This document shows, piece by piece, positions 50,099 to 59,805 of a stretch of DNA of 64,000 bases. Both the position numbers and the translations under genes were made by a program. Under the pieces are notes generated by a model. That model was not told where the DNA came from, did not search any database, and saw only the letters and a program-made list of their open reading frames with translations. The stretch's first letter is position 1, and each line of letters starts with the position of its first letter. The stretch lies in the NCBI GenBank assembly GCA_022709525.1, contig JAKLIQ010000005.1, forward strand, positions 71,966-135,965, in the 5' to 3' direction. The stretch comes from Candidatus Omnitrophota bacterium. GTDB taxonomy: Bacteria; Omnitrophota; Omnitrophia; Omnitrophales; Aquincolibacteriaceae.

Positions 50099-51352
50099 CT
50101 AGGCCTGCGCGAAGACCTCGCGGGCGACGATGCCGACGACGCCGAGCGCCACGGCGTTCTCGCCAAAGGCCGACGGGATGATCTTCACCTGGGTGGCGGC
50201 CTCTTCGACCGACCATTCCTTGACCGTGTTCTTGATGGAGTCAAGGAGCGGCGCGCCGCAGTCTTCCACGCCGCCGCCGATCACGACCACTTCGGGATTA
50301 AGAAGATTTACGATAAAAGCGATCTTCTTGCCAAGATCTTGGCCGGCCTGCTCAACCACTTTCAGGGTTAAAGGGTCTTTTTCTTTGACGCCGCGGACGA
50401 TCTCTTTGAAGGTGATCTTGTTCAGGTCGCCTTTGACGAAATCCTTAATGGCGGAAGTCTCGCCTTTTTCGATCCTCTCGCGAGCGTGCCGCACGGTGCC
50501 GATCTCCATTTCCCAACGGCCGAGCTGGTTCTCGATTTTGAAGGCATAATCCTTGGTGGCGCGCGGGCTCATGATCCCGAGCTCTCCCGCGGCTCCGTTC
50601 GCCCCGCGGTAGATCTCCTCATTAATGAGAATGCCGCAGCCGACGCCTGAGAACATATAGACCATGTTCCGTACGTCACGGTCAAGGCCAAGCCATTTTT
50701 CGCCGAGCACCGCCGCGTTCGCGTCATTTTCAACGATCGTGGGGATGTTGAGACGTTTTTCAAAAGTGTCTTTAATGGAAGAGCAGACTGAAATATCCTT
50801 ATCGCCCAAGCTCTGCGGCCAACGGATCGTGCGGCCGCGCTCGTCGATGATGCCCGGAACGCCGACGCCCACGCCGACGATCTTGGATTTGTCGATCTCC
50901 GCTTTTTCGATGATCTCCGCCGCAAGGTCGACCATTTGCAAAATGACTTTTTCGGAATTTTCGGGGGCCCTTTCGCGCTTGATCTCGCTGATCACGTTGA
51001 TCTCAAGATCCACTAAGACCGCGACCATGCTCATCATGTTCAACCCGACGCCCACGATATAGCCGGCCTTCGGGTTGAGCTCCACGAGCACGGGTTTCCG
51101 GCCACCGGTGGATTCGTCCAGCTCACCTTCGATCACAAGGCCTTTTTTGATGTAATGGCTGACGTAGTTCGAGACCGTCACAATGTTCAATTCGGTCAGT
51201 TTGGAAATATCCGTCCTGGAGATAGGGCCGTTTTTCCGGATCACTTCAAGAATGGCGAGGTTTTTTCTCTCCTTGTCGGTCAGGGTTCGGTCTTTGAGCA
51301 TCTGTTTAATGATCATGAGATTGGAACTCCTTTCAGGAACGGTTTCTGTCAT
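50099..51352 (-). CDS. ROK-family transcriptional regulator (NagC/Mlc-like).
   Basis: 417 aa. N-terminal winged HTH. ROK sugar-kinase-like core with a glycine-rich GVGVGVPGIID. Confidence 0.8.
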   Translation of the reverse strand: MTETVPERSSNLMIIKQMLKDRTLTDKERKNLAILEVIRKNGPISRTDISKLTELNIVTVSNYVSHYIKKGLVIEGELDESTGGRKPVLVELNPKAGYIVGVGLNMMSMVAVLVDLEINVISEIKRERAPENSEKVILQMVDLAAEIIEKAEIDKSKIVGVGVGVPGIIDERGRTIRWPQSLGDKDISVCSSIKDTFEKRLNIPTIVENDANAAVLGEKWLGLDRDVRNMVYMFSGVGCGILINEEIYRGANGAAGELGIMSPRATKDYAFKIENQLGRWEMEIGTVRHARERIEKGETSAIKDFVKGDLNKITFKEIVRGVKEKDPLTLKVVEQAGQDLGKKIAFIVNLLNPEVVVIGGGVEDCGAPLLDSIKNTVKEWSVEEAATQVKIIPSAFGENAVALGVVGIVAREVFAQA

Positions 51353-51514
51353 AACTTCTTTCGTTAACGCTATATAAGTAGCTCAAGAGCCACTCATTTT
51401 AACTCCAACATATGCTTTGTCAAAGCATTAATTGAGTGCCGCCTGCGCGCTCATTTTTGCGCGCTTTTTAAGCATCTTAACTTATTTCAATGAAACAAGT
51501 TAGGTTATTTCTGG

Positions 51515-53602
51515 TTAAAAGAAACTTTCCTTCCCGAGCAGCTCTTTGGCCTTTTCGCCGACAGGGTCTTTGTGAAAATAGTCCTGGATCACACCTTTTT
51601 TAAGATAATTCGCGATCGGAATAAGGACCATCCCCTGATCCAGCGCCAAATATTGAGGGTTTACCTTCTGGCTCGGAAAAGTGATTGTGTCATAAAAACC
51701 GTACTCGCCATAGATGCTGAATTGAAGAAATGCGCGAATGTTGGCAATAGCGTCTTTCGGCAGGGTTTCCAACGCGAGAAAGCTTACGTGCGGCGTGATC
51801 ACGCCGCGGTCGGGATACCCTTTGACGCCGAGCCGCTTGATGCCATATTCGCCGTACTGCCATTTCCGGCCGTCCGTGGTGGCGGAAGGCGAGATGCCCC
51901 AAACCGGATATTTCTTTTCCCGCAACGCGTAATCCCGGTGAAGCTCCGTCACGATCCGGTTGTTGAGCCCGAGGTTTCTGGGGGCAAATTTTTTCTCGTG
52001 AACCACCATGGTCGGCATCAGGAACTCAAAAAGCGACCCGCCCCAGCTTGGCACGAATTTTTCTTTGCCGTCCTTATAATAGCCCTGAAAATAACTGACC
52101 CGGTCGCGCTGGACCATTTTCCCCTGAGGTTTTTGCGTCTGCCAGTTCCAGGCCGCCGGAGCCGTGCGATAAAGATACCACCAGTGATCTTTGGGAAGAT
52201 CGCCCTTGCCGATCCCGCAAAGGCTCATGGCCCGCGCCTCGGTGGCGAGCATGCCGTAATGGTAAGGGGTCATGGATTGGCGTTCTATGTCATAACCGAT
52301 CACAAGATGGTTGTTCTCCGGATCAAGGAATTCCTGGAAATGCATGGCGTCAAGAAGGGCAGTGGCGTCCTTGGCGATCTCTCCCTGGAAGGCCTGGCGG
52401 ACCACTACAAGAGAAATGGCGAGCCAGCCGTTATCGATGCTTGAGACAAATTGCCGGCTCACATTAAGCTGCGTTGTTTCATAAAAATTATAGAAAAACC
52501 CTTTCCAGGTCTTTAGCTTTTTCAGGGTCCGCAAAACGTCCTGAACGCGTTCCTCGGCTTCCGAGAAAGTGATAAGCTCCAGTTCGCGCGCCGCGACCGT
52601 GCCCATAAGGTCCATAGCGATATTGGTGGGCGAGGTGTACGCCGCGGCCAGAGGAAAATCCCCGACCTTGATGTGGTCGACCACGAGATGTTTTTTCTTA
52701 TCCCGCGCATCTTCAAAGTAACGCCACGTATCCTTGGCGATCCCGAGCAGGAATTCTTTTTCCCTTTTTGTCGCCAAGAGTTCCTTGCGCCGGGGTTCGT
52801 CAAATACGGTTTTAGGAAATCCCATCAGGTTATCCTCCACGCTCTCAAACCCCACTTCAGGGTGGCCGAAAAACGCGACCTCATCCAGGCCCAGTTTCCC
52901 CGCCATGTTGGTGTTCCGGGCAAGAATGTTGAAAGAAAGATAGTTCAGCTGGTTTAGATCGATGCCCGCGAAGGTCGAAAGCGGAAGCGTGGCATCATTC
53001 CAATCCGGTTTTTCGACGCAGGATTCCGTTATGTCTTTTTCAACCGTTTTCCCCGCCCAATCAGTCAAAGAGACCCGGATGCGGCCGCTGAAAGGCGTCG
53101 CAGAATCCACTTTGCATTTGAAAACAAGATAGCGCGCCGCGCTGATATCAAGGCGTTCCAGCGGGGCGCGGAACGAACCCTGGTCTTTGCTCCGGAGGTT
53201 GTACCTCGCCCAAAGCGAGGATCCGGACCTGACGCCGCGGCCGTCCTCTTTTTTAAGGTCAAGCCGGATTTTCTTTTCCTGCCCTTCCGCGACGAACCAG
53301 TTACCGCCGAGCTTGTTCTTAAGTTCCCCCGAATTGAAGTCGTCCACTACCTTGAATTGAGTGGAAGTTTGAAGGGATTTGCTGGGGGGCATGTTCTTGT
53401 AGACGTTCCCGATATCAAGCTCTTCTTTTTCCTCAGCGGGGCCGATCTGCTGCACGTAGGTTTCTGAGGGTCGAGAACGGGTTTCTTTGGAAGCGGCGTG
53501 AACCGTAAGAACAAAAGCAAAAAGCGGGAAAAGGGAAACGGAGAAGAAAGCGGCCTTCAGGATCTTTTTCGAACCCGACGGCCGCTTCCTTGAAAGGATC
53601 AT
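51515..53602 (-). CDS. Secreted DUF3131 / GH144-like (alpha/alpha)6 glycoside hydrolase family protein.
   Basis: 695 aa. Signal peptide. Overall pattern recalled as similar to endo-beta-1,2-glucanase-type DUF3131 proteins. Adjacent to the GH94 gene. Family assignment is from memory only. Confidence 0.5.
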   Translation of the reverse strand: MILSRKRPSGSKKILKAAFFSVSLFPLFAFVLTVHAASKETRSRPSETYVQQIGPAEEKEELDIGNVYKNMPPSKSLQTSTQFKVVDDFNSGELKNKLGGNWFVAEGQEKKIRLDLKKEDGRGVRSGSSLWARYNLRSKDQGSFRAPLERLDISAARYLVFKCKVDSATPFSGRIRVSLTDWAGKTVEKDITESCVEKPDWNDATLPLSTFAGIDLNQLNYLSFNILARNTNMAGKLGLDEVAFFGHPEVGFESVEDNLMGFPKTVFDEPRRKELLATKREKEFLLGIAKDTWRYFEDARDKKKHLVVDHIKVGDFPLAAAYTSPTNIAMDLMGTVAARELELITFSEAEERVQDVLRTLKKLKTWKGFFYNFYETTQLNVSRQFVSSIDNGWLAISLVVVRQAFQGEIAKDATALLDAMHFQEFLDPENNHLVIGYDIERQSMTPYHYGMLATEARAMSLCGIGKGDLPKDHWWYLYRTAPAAWNWQTQKPQGKMVQRDRVSYFQGYYKDGKEKFVPSWGGSLFEFLMPTMVVHEKKFAPRNLGLNNRIVTELHRDYALREKKYPVWGISPSATTDGRKWQYGEYGIKRLGVKGYPDRGVITPHVSFLALETLPKDAIANIRAFLQFSIYGEYGFYDTITFPSQKVNPQYLALDQGMVLIPIANYLKKGVIQDYFHKDPVGEKAKELLGKESFF

Positions 53603-53610
53603 AGCTTCGT

Positions 53611-56070
53611 CTACCCCAAAATGACTTCGACCCGGTGGATTCCGCTATCCCGGAAGTCGGGAATGAGATTTTCTTTTTGTTTCTTCCCGTCCACAAAAAC
53701 GCTTCGGACGCCCTGCCCCGTCTGACCGGGATTTTTGACTTCAATGAGATACGTCGCTCCGCGGAAAAGCCGTTTTATTTTAAATCCCGCCCATTTTTTC
53801 GGGATCACGGGATCGACCAAGAGCCCTTTGGCCGTCGGCCGGATGCCGAGAAGCCAGTTCATCACGACGACAGCATACCACGCCGCCGAACCGGTGTACC
53901 AGGTCCAGCCGCCGCGGCCGTTGTTGGGAGAATCCGGACCGTCTACGTTCCCCGGCGTCACATAGGGTTCGCTGTAATAGATGTCCGGCTCGGTGCCGCG
54001 AAGCGCGGGATTGAAACTTTTATAGACCTGATAGGCCTTGTCGCCGTCGCGCATCATGGTCTCCGCCTGAACGGCCCAAGTACCCGCGTGCGTGTAAAGG
54101 CCGCCGTTCTCGCGGACCGAAGGCGCATAGCGCGTGATGTAGCCGATCGTCGCGTCGGTCTTGTTATAGCCCGGCGTTAAAAGAAGCGGGCCGTATTTTT
54201 TATAGAGCCATTTCGCGGCCGAATCCATGGCGACCCGCGCTCTTTTTTCATCGGCCACGCCCGTGATCACCGCCCAGGTCTGGCAGTTGAGGAAGATCTT
54301 ACCCGTTTCGCATTTTTTGCTGCCAAGCGGCCTTCCGTCATCACGCGTCGCCCCGAGATACCACTCCCCGTCCCATCCGTGCTCATTAAGGGCGCGTTTC
54401 ATCGCTTCCGCGCGTTTGAGATATTCCGCGGCTTTTGTTTTATCGCCGCGTTTTTCCATGATGGGCGCGATACGGTTAAGGATCCCGTAAAGAAAGTGCC
54501 CGAGCCATATCGATTCGCCTTTCCATTTAATGCCGACATGGCTTAAACCATCGTTCCAATCGCATTCTCCCATCAAGGGCAGACCGCGCGGCGAAAATCT
54601 TGTAAACGCTTTATCGATCGACCGGAGAAGATGGTCATAAAGCGTGCCGGAGGTGACCTCTTTGGTCTTCGGGTCCGGAAGAAATTTTACTTTTGTGTCC
54701 AGGATCGCTTCGTCGGCTGTTTCATCGAGATAATTCAGTGTGATGAAATCAAGCCACAAAAGATCGTCGGAACAGTTCGTAATGGCCCCGGTGTTCGTGC
54801 CGTGATGCCACCAGTGATAGACGGTCCCGTCGGGGAACTGTTGCTCGGCGTGCATGAGGATCTGCTTTTTGGCAAGTTCCGGGCGCGTCGCGAAAAAGAT
54901 CTGGCAGTCCTGGAGCTGGTCGCGGAATCCGTAGCCGCCGCTCGATTGGTAGTAGGCGCACTTGGCCCAAATACGCGCCGAGATGGCCTGGTACTTCATC
55001 CAAATATTGGTCATGAAGTTAAGGGCTTCGTCCGGCGTTTCGACTTCCGAAGCGTGGATAAAAGAGTCCCAGAGCGCTTTGACGCGGTGCAATTCCTGGT
55101 CGACCGACTTGGGATGAGAATATTTCTGAATGATCCGTTCCGCTTCTTCGCGATTGCGCGTCGACCCGAGCGTAAAGACAACGGTTTTGGATTCTTTGGG
55201 TCCCAATTCAACATCGACTTGAAGGCTTGCTGCGGCATCGCCCCATTTGCCTTCCGAATTGCGGCATTTGCCTTCCACGACCGCGGCAGGCGCGTGGGTT
55301 TCGCCGTACCGGCCTAAAAAAGATTCTTTGTCGCCGTCATAAGCGACGGGTTTGGGGCTTGCCGCATGAAACCCCTGGAGCGGTTTCTCGGCCATGCCGG
55401 TCGAGATAAAACCGGGCACGAGCGGCGCCCGCTTCAGGCCGTGAATGCAGCCGTTCTTCCGGTCGATCCATGTTTCAATGAACGTTTTATGGAACTCGCG
55501 GTGCGTGTCCGACCAGTTGCCGAGGCACCAATCAAAGTAAGTAAAAACGCTGAGACGGCGTTTTTTCCCCGACTCGTTCGTTAAAACGACTTTCCAGACT
55601 TCGACCGGGTCTTCCACGTCGACAAAGACCGTTTTTTCGAAGCGGATCCCATGGAGCTTGCTGGTCAAAACCGAGTAGCCCTGCCCATGACGAACCTCGA
55701 AAAAATCATATCTCGGCATGCAGGGTTTCCAGGTACCGGACCAATAATCGCCGTTGTCCCGGTCGCGGACATAGATGTATTTCCCCCAATTGTCCCGGAT
55801 GAGGTCCTGGTCCCAGCGCGTAACCCGTGAGAGGTTGGAATTGTCGCGCCATGAAAATCCCGATCCCGTCTGGGTTTCGATCATGCCGTAATCCCCGTTG
55901 GAGATCACATTCACCCAGGGCCGCGGCGTATCGGGGCGCGTGATCACATATTCGCGCCCGTCGGCCGTGAAATAACCGTACTTGGAAGCGAATTTTTTTT
56001 CGGCGGGAATCCCCGCTTTCCCTCGAACTGTTATTTTTACCTTTTCTTTAGTTTTTGTTTTTTTGGGCAT
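53611..56070 (-). CDS. GH94-family glycoside phosphorylase (cellobiose/cellodextrin/beta-1,2-oligoglucan phosphorylase-like).
   Basis: 819 aa. GGYGFRDQLQDCQ, ENGGLYTHAGTWAV and GRGGWTWYTGSAAW are characteristic of GH94 catalytic domains. Confidence 0.8.
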   Translation of the reverse strand: MPKKTKTKEKVKITVRGKAGIPAEKKFASKYGYFTADGREYVITRPDTPRPWVNVISNGDYGMIETQTGSGFSWRDNSNLSRVTRWDQDLIRDNWGKYIYVRDRDNGDYWSGTWKPCMPRYDFFEVRHGQGYSVLTSKLHGIRFEKTVFVDVEDPVEVWKVVLTNESGKKRRLSVFTYFDWCLGNWSDTHREFHKTFIETWIDRKNGCIHGLKRAPLVPGFISTGMAEKPLQGFHAASPKPVAYDGDKESFLGRYGETHAPAAVVEGKCRNSEGKWGDAAASLQVDVELGPKESKTVVFTLGSTRNREEAERIIQKYSHPKSVDQELHRVKALWDSFIHASEVETPDEALNFMTNIWMKYQAISARIWAKCAYYQSSGGYGFRDQLQDCQIFFATRPELAKKQILMHAEQQFPDGTVYHWWHHGTNTGAITNCSDDLLWLDFITLNYLDETADEAILDTKVKFLPDPKTKEVTSGTLYDHLLRSIDKAFTRFSPRGLPLMGECDWNDGLSHVGIKWKGESIWLGHFLYGILNRIAPIMEKRGDKTKAAEYLKRAEAMKRALNEHGWDGEWYLGATRDDGRPLGSKKCETGKIFLNCQTWAVITGVADEKRARVAMDSAAKWLYKKYGPLLLTPGYNKTDATIGYITRYAPSVRENGGLYTHAGTWAVQAETMMRDGDKAYQVYKSFNPALRGTEPDIYYSEPYVTPGNVDGPDSPNNGRGGWTWYTGSAAWYAVVVMNWLLGIRPTAKGLLVDPVIPKKWAGFKIKRLFRGATYLIEVKNPGQTGQGVRSVFVDGKKQKENLIPDFRDSGIHRVEVILG

Positions 56071-56111
56071 AAAAACAGCTGCTCCTTTTTCCTTATTTAG
56101 AAATATGCCGG

Positions 56112-57497
56112 TTATTCGGGTGACTGCAGTTCGGCGTTCACTTCAGGGACAAGCTCGCGCGCGGCTTCGACCGCCGTTTTCTTGCCGCTAAAAATGAGGT
56201 CGAGTTTCGGGCGGATGTATTTTTCTTCGATCTCCCGCCACTTCGGGTGGAACGGGCTGAACACAGCGTACTGGACCGCTTCGTTCAGCATTTTTTTGTT
56301 CTGCGGCACAGAAGTGTCCTGCGCAAAGGCGTCGCTTTGGGCGACGGCGATACGCGCCGGTTGCGCGAGGCCTTTTTTCGCGAATTGTTCCTGTCCTTCC
56401 GGCCCCGTCAGGGCCTTGATCACTTCCCAGGCTTCTTTTTTGTGTTTGGAGGACTTCAGGATGGCGTATCCCGTTCCCCCGGTGCCGAAAGCGCGGACCC
56501 CCTTGTCATTTTTCGGGAACATCGCGACGTCCCAATCAAAATCATAATTGCGGAACTGCGGAGTTTCCCAAATGCCCGAGAGGAACATCGCGATACGGCC
56601 GTTGGCGAACATGCGGTCGGCGCCCATGCCGAAATTGGTGAAAGCCGAAGGTGTCGGCATCGCTTCGTAAAGATTGCTCAGGTCCGAGTAGAATTGGATC
56701 CCCATCACCGAGCGATCTTCTCCTAAAAGCGTTTTGGTGGGGTGCTTGACGCTGTCGACAAGCGCTCCGCCGTTGCCGTAAACAAAGTTCTGCCACGCCC
56801 ACGTGTAAAAACCATACTGCGTGACGCGTCCGGTTTCGTCTTTTTTGGTGAGTTCGCGGGCGGCGCGGAGCATGTCGCTCCAGGTCCAGTCGTCGGTGGG
56901 ATACGGAATGCCCGCTGCGTCGAACACCTTCTTGTTATAGAAAACACAGGCAAAAGGCGCGATATCGCGCGGAATGGCGAGAAGCTTTCCTTCATAAGTA
57001 AAGCGATCGATGATTTGCGGGAAAAAATCGTTTTTATTAAACCCGGTGGTATCCGCTGCGGCGTATGGCGAAAGGTCCTCGAGAACCCCTTTGACTGCGA
57101 AAGTCACGAAGTAATCGACTTCGGTGGCGATGATGTCGGGAGCGGCGCCGCCGGCAATACGTGTTAAAACCTTGCTGATGTAACCTGTATAGGGGGTATG
57201 CTCAAAAACAATCTTGATCTCGGGGTGCTGCTGCCGCCAAGGGGCAAGCGCTTCCGTAATGATAGCGATCTCTTCCGGCGTTCCCCAGAAGCTCACTTTG
57301 ACTTCGGTCACGCCTTTATCGCCCGTATCCAGCGAGGAACCGCAACCGGCCAAAATAAAGATTGTTAAAAGGATGGAAAAACTTTTCGCCAAAAAACATT
57401 TCGGCATCATACGGAAATCCTTTCGGTTGAAAGGTCTTTGTCGGTTTTGCGAGGAATTGCTTCTAGTAATGATAACGGCAGAGCGCAAAAGCGACAA
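56112..57497 (-). CDS. ABC transporter sugar-binding lipoprotein (family 1 SBP).
   Basis: 461 aa. Lipobox LTIFILAGCGS. Typical extracellular solute-binding fold pattern. No permease genes adjacent. Confidence 0.75.
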   Translation of the reverse strand: MSLLRSAVIITRSNSSQNRQRPFNRKDFRMMPKCFLAKSFSILLTIFILAGCGSSLDTGDKGVTEVKVSFWGTPEEIAIITEALAPWRQQHPEIKIVFEHTPYTGYISKVLTRIAGGAAPDIIATEVDYFVTFAVKGVLEDLSPYAAADTTGFNKNDFFPQIIDRFTYEGKLLAIPRDIAPFACVFYNKKVFDAAGIPYPTDDWTWSDMLRAARELTKKDETGRVTQYGFYTWAWQNFVYGNGGALVDSVKHPTKTLLGEDRSVMGIQFYSDLSNLYEAMPTPSAFTNFGMGADRMFANGRIAMFLSGIWETPQFRNYDFDWDVAMFPKNDKGVRAFGTGGTGYAILKSSKHKKEAWEVIKALTGPEGQEQFAKKGLAQPARIAVAQSDAFAQDTSVPQNKKMLNEAVQYAVFSPFHPKWREIEEKYIRPKLDLIFSGKKTAVEAARELVPEVNAELQSPE

Positions 57498-57569
57498 ACC
57501 GGCAAATTATAGCATGTTAGATAGGACTTCTGTAAAGACCCTTTTCTTCGTGGCCCGCGAGCACCGGCC

Positions 57570-58514
57570 TTAATTCTTAGGAAGCCCTATTTTTTGGAGC
57601 ACGCGATCAAGGTCGTCGAGCGAAAAATATTGGATCTCGATGCGCCCTTCTTTTTGGTTTTTGCGCGGGTAAAGCTTCGCCTGGGTCCCGAGAAAATGCG
57701 TCAGCCGCGTTTCAAGGTCGACGATCTCGGCGCTCAAATGCCGCGCTGTTTTTGCCTTCCGTTTGTGCGCGTTGCTCCGGTTCACGATCGCTTCGACCTG
57801 GCGGACCGAGAGGTTTTCTTCGACGATTCGTTTGGCCATGTGGCGCTGGTGTTCCGGAGTTAAAAGCCCTAAAAGCGCGCGGGCGTGGCCGGCTGAAAGA
57901 CGTCCTTCAATCAGGTATTGTTTGATCTCGGAGGGTAGGCGCAAAAGTCTTAAAGTGTTGGCGACCGTCGCGCGGTTCTTCCCCACCCGTTTGGCGACCT
58001 CTTCCTGGGAGATCGCCCTTTCTTCCGCGAGGCGTTGGTAGGCCTCCGCTTCTTCGATGGGATTCAAGTCCTCGCGTTGGATGTTCTCGATAAGCGCCCA
58101 TTCAAGAAAATCTTCGTTAGCAACATCCTTAATGATGGCCGGCACTTCCTGCAGCCCGCAAAGCGTTGCCGCGCGAAATCGCCGCTCGCCGCAAACCAGT
58201 TCGTAGTTCCCGTCCTTTTTTTGTTTCACGATCACCGGCTGAAGGACGCCCTTTTCCCGTATGGAATCAGCAAGCTCTTCGATGGTCTCGGTGTTGAAAG
58301 TTTTGCGCGGCTGGTTCGCGTTCGAAGAGATCCGAGATATGGGGATCAGCTGGAATGCCGCTGTTTTTGAAAAAACCGTCGTTTTTTGCGCGGCCTTTTC
58401 GGGTTCGACGGTTACGGTGGCGGCCGGCATTTCCTGGAGAGTTGCGGCAGCCATTTGGTCTTTGTAGCTGTCCGGGATCAGGGCGCTTAATCCTTTGCCG
58501 AGTGCTTTTTTCAT
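57570..58514 (-). CDS. parB: Chromosome partitioning protein ParB.
   Basis: 314 aa. QPVIVKQKKDGNYELVCGERRFRAA (ParB box). Confidence 0.92.
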   Translation of the reverse strand: MKKALGKGLSALIPDSYKDQMAAATLQEMPAATVTVEPEKAAQKTTVFSKTAAFQLIPISRISSNANQPRKTFNTETIEELADSIREKGVLQPVIVKQKKDGNYELVCGERRFRAATLCGLQEVPAIIKDVANEDFLEWALIENIQREDLNPIEEAEAYQRLAEERAISQEEVAKRVGKNRATVANTLRLLRLPSEIKQYLIEGRLSAGHARALLGLLTPEHQRHMAKRIVEENLSVRQVEAIVNRSNAHKRKAKTARHLSAEIVDLETRLTHFLGTQAKLYPRKNQKEGRIEIQYFSLDDLDRVLQKIGLPKN

Positions 58515-58547
58515 GGTATGGCTCCTTTTAAAAAATAGATTGCTGTC

Positions 58548-59441
58548 TTAGGTGTTGGACGGGGTTGTCTGCGCTTGCTCGCCTGCCGGCGCCGGTTCGG
58601 AATTTTGCGCCGTGGTCGTTTGAGTGTCTAAATTAGCGACGGTTTCCTGCCTGGAAAGATTTTGCCGGTCCTCATCGGAACCGAAGCGCGATAAAAACTC
58701 GCGCCCCAATTCGACATAGGCTTGGGCCCCACGGTTATGCGGGTCATAAAGAACAGCGGGCTTGCCAAAACTCGGGGCTTCTGAAAGCTTTACGGACCTC
58801 GGGATCACGGTTTGGAACGCTTTGTCTTTAAAATAATTCCGGACCTCCTCGATCACCTGCTGCGTCAGGTTGGTCCGGAAATCGGCCATGGTAAGAATGA
58901 CGCCGCCAAGCTCCAGATTTGAACTCAGATTTTTTTTGACAAGTTGATAGGTATTGAGGAGTTGCCCGAGCCCTTCTAGAGCGTAATATTCGCACTGAAG
59001 AGGTATAACAACGTAACTACTTGAAGTTAAAGCGTTTATGCTTATAAGCCCTAGCGATGGCGGACAGTCTAAAAAGATATAATCAAATTCAACGGATATT
59101 TTTTCCAGTTGCTCACGAAGAACAAATTCTCTTTTTTCCTGGCTAATCAGATGCATTTCCGCCCCGGCCAAATGCGCGTTGGACGGTATGGCCCATAGAT
59201 TCTCTATAGTTGTTTTCTTAATAATTGTCTTAGGATCAGTGTTTTCCACAAGAAGTTGATAAGCTGTGGATTCATTTTCATTCTTTTCTATCCCAAGTCC
59301 GCTTGTAGCATTGCCTTGCGAATCGAGATCTATTAACAAAACTTTCTTTCCTAAGTTTGCTATAACAGTGGCTATATTGATAACGGATGTTGTTTTTCCA
59401 ACGCCGCCTTTTTGATTGAAAAATGAGAATATTTTACCCAT
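58548..59441 (-). CDS. parA: Chromosome partitioning ATPase ParA/Soj with a ~50-aa disordered C-terminal tail.
   Basis: The canonical N-terminus MGKIFSFFNQKGGVGKTT starts at ATG 59441. The listed longer ORF start (59477) runs through the parS site. Confidence 0.9.
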   Translation of the reverse strand: MGKIFSFFNQKGGVGKTTSVINIATVIANLGKKVLLIDLDSQGNATSGLGIEKNENESTAYQLLVENTDPKTIIKKTTIENLWAIPSNAHLAGAEMHLISQEKREFVLREQLEKISVEFDYIFLDCPPSLGLISINALTSSSYVVIPLQCEYYALEGLGQLLNTYQLVKKNLSSNLELGGVILTMADFRTNLTQQVIEEVRNYFKDKAFQTVIPRSVKLSEAPSFGKPAVLYDPHNRGAQAYVELGREFLSRFGSDEDRQNLSRQETVANLDTQTTTAQNSEPAPAGEQAQTTPSNT

Positions 59442-59453
59442 GGATCCTCCGAA

Positions 59454-59469
59454 TGTTTCACGTGAAACG
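59454..59469. promoter_or_regulatory. parS site (TGTTTCACGTGAAACG, 15/16 match to consensus).
   Basis: Seen directly, 13 bp upstream of parA. Consensus tGTTNCACGTGAAACa. Confidence 0.85.
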
Positions 59470-59674
59470 TTTGTCATATGAAATCAGTGATTCTTTCTAT
59501 ATCATTTTATCGTCAAACGTTTTTGATAGTTTACTTATTTTTTCTGCTATGGCAAGCATGTTCTTTTGTTCGAGTTTACCCGCTAAGAACGAATTTTTCT
59601 TTTTGGAAACGCCTGGATTGGTTCTTCGGCTTTTTGATCATGTTTTAGTTTTAAATTTAAAGGGATTGGTAACA

Positions 59675-59690
59675 TGTTTCACGTGAAACA
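59675..59690. promoter_or_regulatory. parS site (TGTTTCACGTGAAACA, 16/16 match to consensus).
   Basis: Seen directly in the parA-mnmG spacer. Confidence 0.9.
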
Positions 59691-59805
59691 ATACACAATT
59701 TTGACGTAACCACATACGGTGATAGATATAAAATAATAGGCGTTTTAAGGAAAGGAGGATCTTTTATCGTGAGGTGGGCCATGAAAAAGAAACGCCAGCC
59801 CTTGG

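Noticed and set aside
51440-51470. GCGCGC-N8-GCGCGC hairpin followed by TTTTTT, resembling an intrinsic terminator
   Set aside because: The U-tract is on the plus strand but the flanking genes are minus-strand. At best a bidirectional stem, not a confident terminator call.
51572-52444. 290-aa plus-strand ORF
   Set aside because: Antisense to the DUF3131/GH144-like gene. Composition-driven.
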